A stretch of 64,000 nucleotides of DNA, taken from Podarcis filfolensis. Taxonomy: Eukaryota. The position numbers and the translations under genes are program-made. Below, piece by piece: positions 60,143 to 64,000 of this stretch. Below the pieces are notes generated by a model. It was not told the origin of the DNA and searched no databases. It saw only the letters and a program-made list of their open reading frames with translations. Within the stretch, counting starts at the first letter, position 1. Each line of letters opens with the position of its first letter. The stretch lies in the NCBI GenBank assembly GCA_964270895.1, contig OZ185436.1; one strand, given 5' to 3'.

Positions 60143-61338
60143 CAAAGTGTTACTTACCACAGACTGTAAAGCAGGGTGGTTATATGCCCCAATGAGGAGA
60201 CACTGCCACCAGTAGATACTGTTACATTATTGGTTTTGATAAGTTAAACTGTTTTTTAAATCGTGCTTCTGCTGAACAATTCAGGTTCATTTATGGAAGA
60301 AAACGTGGAGAACAGGGTTTGCGGACTTTGATTTAAGTTGGACATTTCCACCCATTCTTACAGAAGTGTCACATTATAAGAATGTAGCTACCCTTTCCTT
60401 CAAATTAAAGGAAGCACCTTCTTGTTAATCCTGTAGGTATATTCTGTGCAGCTAGGATCAGTTGTGTCTCTTAGAACTTGAGCAGAACAGTTCTCTTGCC
60501 TAACTGAACACTGAGGAGCTATATTAAATGAAGACAAAACATAACAAACAAATGTCAAGATACTGATTTATAATAACAGTTAAAAATAATAATCTTAAAT
60601 GACAAAGTGAGGAATTGATAGTTCAAGTCTGGCTCATGTACTGCAGCTATAAATATACATTTTCAACTCATCTTGCTTCAAATGGATTTTATTTTTATCC
60701 CATAATTTACCTAGCTTTGACATGGTTTTCGAGCAGTGTTTGTTCGCAGTATAATTAGCAATCAGACCTAAAGATCTAGGCAAAGTGAACTTCACTGCAC
60801 AAGAATCACTTTTTCCTTATGATAAGGTCCGGCAAGACGGCACAACCATACAGTCTCTGTAGTTTACCTTCTCACAATCTTCACAGACCATTTCAAATAT
60901 TAAGCCTGCCATTTTTTATTTTTGTAGGCACTCATTTGCTTACCTTCTGTTCCTGGCTCTATGAAAAGGAAGAAAAACATAATTAACTTTATATCTAAAA
61001 TTATCATGAAATTAAACATTCCAATCACTGCAAAGATTTTAATGCCTGAATTAAGGTGTTTTGCGAGTGTTTGGGTTGCAGTGGGCGCTATTCACCTCCA
61101 GTGCAAAATTCTGGTTGTATTGTTTATGTTCTACACTTGTGGCTGGGAAAACCATGCAGATGGCTAGGGTATAAATAATAAATTATTATTATATTATTGT
61201 TTTGTTTAAACTACAGTAAGGCTACAATCCAAACACCTGTTAACTGGAAGTAAGCCCTATTGAATTCAATGAGATTTGCCTCTGAGTAGACACCATTAAG
61301 ATTGCTTTCTAGGTGTCCCATTATGCCAGAACCTGTCT

Positions 61339-61430
61339 GTGAACAAACGCCAGCCTGAAAGCAAGATGAGCGCTGCAACCCCATAGTCGCCTTTGACTGG
61401 ACTTAACCGCCCAGGGGTCCTTTACCTTTT
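61339..61430 (+). mobile_element. Sauria SINE 3' end (92 bp) with an 8-bp TSD
   Basis: gcaagatgagcgctgcaaccccatagtcgcctttgactggacttaacc...ggggtcctttaccttt is the Sauria SINE tail. TSD ACCTGTCT at 61331-61338 and 61431-61438. Confidence 0.8.
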
Positions 61431-64000
61431 ACCTGTCTAGTTATGTAGTAAAAACCAAACACAACTGGACATATACATTAATCATCATGGATCTGGATGC
61501 CATTCTCTTCCTGTGATTGGCCGCTAGTATCAGCCAGACCTGATGTAATTGGAACCTGGACTTCTGATCTTGCCTGCTCAACAGCAGGTCAAGTCTCCAC
61601 TTTCAGTAATGAAAGGAAACCTTCATAACAGTGTCTAGGTGTAACTACATGTGACCACAACATAAGAAACCTAACAATATTTGAGAATTATGGCTCTCTC
61701 TTTTTGATCAGGGAAAGGAGGATGGAATGTTTGATAACCCAAATAAAAGCGATGAACACTGAAAAGGAGACTTATGGGGTGGACTGTCTTGGAAATATTA
61801 GGCCAGGTACTTGGATTGTTTAGACTGTGATCACTTTGGAAACAGAAATGTGTCGGGGGGGATGCTGAGTATAAGAGATAGAGGAGGCTATATAGCCATG
61901 AAGTAAATGCATGAAGTACATCTCTAGGGATCTCACTACCATCTTAGTCCCCCCTCAACTTCCTTGTGGACTACATTATGCACCCTGCATGGACTGTCTT
62001 TGAAAACATTTAGTCTCAAGCTGGTTAAGAATCTTTCCATCCTCAAGGGAAGTGGCTTTGGTGTTTTGTTTTCTTTTTACCATCAAGAAATATGGACTAC
62101 CTGACTCTTATGGTTGCAACACAACCAGAAATGTGAGTTAGATTCTAAATTTGCTCCTTCCAACCCAAATGTTTCTAAACTGCTGCCCATATTAGGTAGC
62201 CTACTTTGTTTACCAACACTATCCAAACAAATGGTTTATTTTTTTACCGTTGGCTTATGGCTAGAACAAAAACTGATGCAACACAATTTGATGTGTGCAG
62301 GACAGAACAGGAAACTAGAGAATCAAACACTCCCACCACAGAGGGAGGCAGTGCTCATTGTTCAAGACAATGCCTCTTACAAGAGAAATTGCTGTGTAGG
62401 ACATATGAGTCCCCATTGTGATTATGAAAAATATTCTCTCCTCTAACTGCTGGTGCCTTGATACCGAAGGACACTTGATAAATATTATGTGGCACTGTGC
62501 TGTTGCTACACAATTGTAAACAGATCTAAGATTTATGGACAAAAAAAGCATTGATGGGATACCTCCCTAAAGTATAGTGTCCTTACCCCAAGACAGTGGA
62601 AATGGATCAGTTGCATGAACTAGCTGCATACTATGCATCTTTTTTTCCATATCAGTACTTATTTACAGGATTTATTTGTTGACCATTTGTGTTTTATGGT
62701 GTTTTAATGAATTTAGTCATATTTTTAATGAGATTGTTTAAAAACAGTCTTATGAATAAGTAAATAGTGTATATTACAGACGTTAGATGCCTGCCAAACT
62801 ATAGGGCAAACCTGCAGCAAATTCAGTGCTCGCTGCATACAAATATATTTTATGACAGCTGCATAAATAGAAAATGAGAAAAACCTAAGAGTTCTGACCC
62901 AGCTCCTCTTCCCTTTCCCACCTTCCTTCCTTCCTCCCTCAACCAGCATTCTGTTTTACTTTAGTTTTCTTTTTATTGTTATTGTTATGGTTGTGTTTGT
63001 AGTGTTGATATAAACTGAAAACAAAATTCAGTGAAAATACTATTACTATACATAATAAAAAAGAAAGTATCACCCTTTATTGCTGACCAAAGCTGCTGCA
63101 GAGACCTCCATTCTGAGAGCTTCACTGGCTCATAGGTTTTCAGGCAAAGCTGAAGTTCTTCTATGATCCTTTCAATCGCAAAGTGCTCTGACCCAACCCA
63201 CAGTCTTGGAAGAATGCCTGCGCTCACTTCAGTTTTCCGTGTTAGGAAGCCACTCTTTCTCCTGGGTGGCATCTCATCTTTGTGAAAGACAAGGAGGCTC
63301 ACTAGGCTAGTTTCCTAGTTGCCTTTTATGAGTTAATCAAAGCATCCTTATTTTGAAAGGCTTTTGAAGAAGCTGGCTAATAAAATTTTATTGCTGCTGA
63401 TTCTGCATTTTTATAGATTTTTAGCTTTCTGTTTGTTGTGGTTTCTTTTTTATATTTTTACTTCTTTGGGCTTTGAATTGTATTTGGAGTGATTTTTATG
63501 TGAACCTCCTGAGTGCAAAAGACATATATATATATATATCATATACATTCTTATAACCTATTTAACTTAATTTCCCACAACTGATAAGTTCAAATTTCCT
63601 TCTTGTGAAAATGTTTTGGTTGAGATTATTTTGGGGTGCAGAGGGGTAAATAAAAATAATGTGCAATGCAGGGACACACACAATTCATCTTTAAGAAGCA
63701 ATAAGAGAAAATGTGCTGGTCAACGTTTTAAAGATTACAGATGAACAGAGAGGCTCTATGTCAAGGTGACATACTGTCATGAATTCATTGCACTGGCACA
63801 ACGACGATGCATACCACTGGCATTACAGCACGTGAGGATAGGAAGCCTCAGTTCAAGAACAGCCCTGAAGCCACTGGAGCTGAGTGGAACCCACTGAGTT
63901 AAGAGGTTTCATTGAGGCCTGTTCAGTCAGAGATTCAAAAAGGAAGGTTGAAGGTGAATGGTCACTTGGATGAAAGACCTGTGGTTTGTCTAGAGTGAAA

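Noticed and set aside
63776-64000. Possible LTR start (TGTCATG...) at the window end
   Set aside because: Cut off by the window edge, so no second terminus, TSD or PBS can be checked.

Overview
Vertebrate genomic DNA. The repeat content (Sauria SINE, BovB/RTE, CR1, L2, Penelope, Tc1/pogo-type MITEs) points to a squamate reptile, probably a lacertid lizard. The + strand carries the 3' three-quarters of NUP210 (nuclear pore membrane glycoprotein gp210). I traced 30 coding exons from 2579 to the stop at 50641-50643. All splice phases are compatible, giving 4356 nt = 1451 aa + stop: lumenal Ig-like repeats, the TM helix and a tail ending LWSPGYASQ*. The 5' exons lie upstream of the window. The 3' UTR probably runs to about 53.7-54.2 kb. 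I found no supportable second gene in 54-64 kb. Most ORFs in the supplied track are exon read-throughs, transposon debris or chance. The most unusual feature is a very young 225-bp Penelope-like insertion at an exon/intron boundary (22644-22900). Its target-site duplication copied the exon's 5' splice site, so two identical CAG|GTGAGT donors now flank a perfect 78-bp hairpin. That hairpin contains a minimal hammerhead ribozyme in the pre-mRNA sense. Other points: a GC-AG intron, a candidate 33-nt in-frame micro-exon, a MITE packed with ETS/NRF1/CRE motifs, a decoy acceptor in front of a tract-less acceptor, and inverted MITE pairs that could drive back-splicing. Protein and repeat family assignments are from memory, not from database searches.
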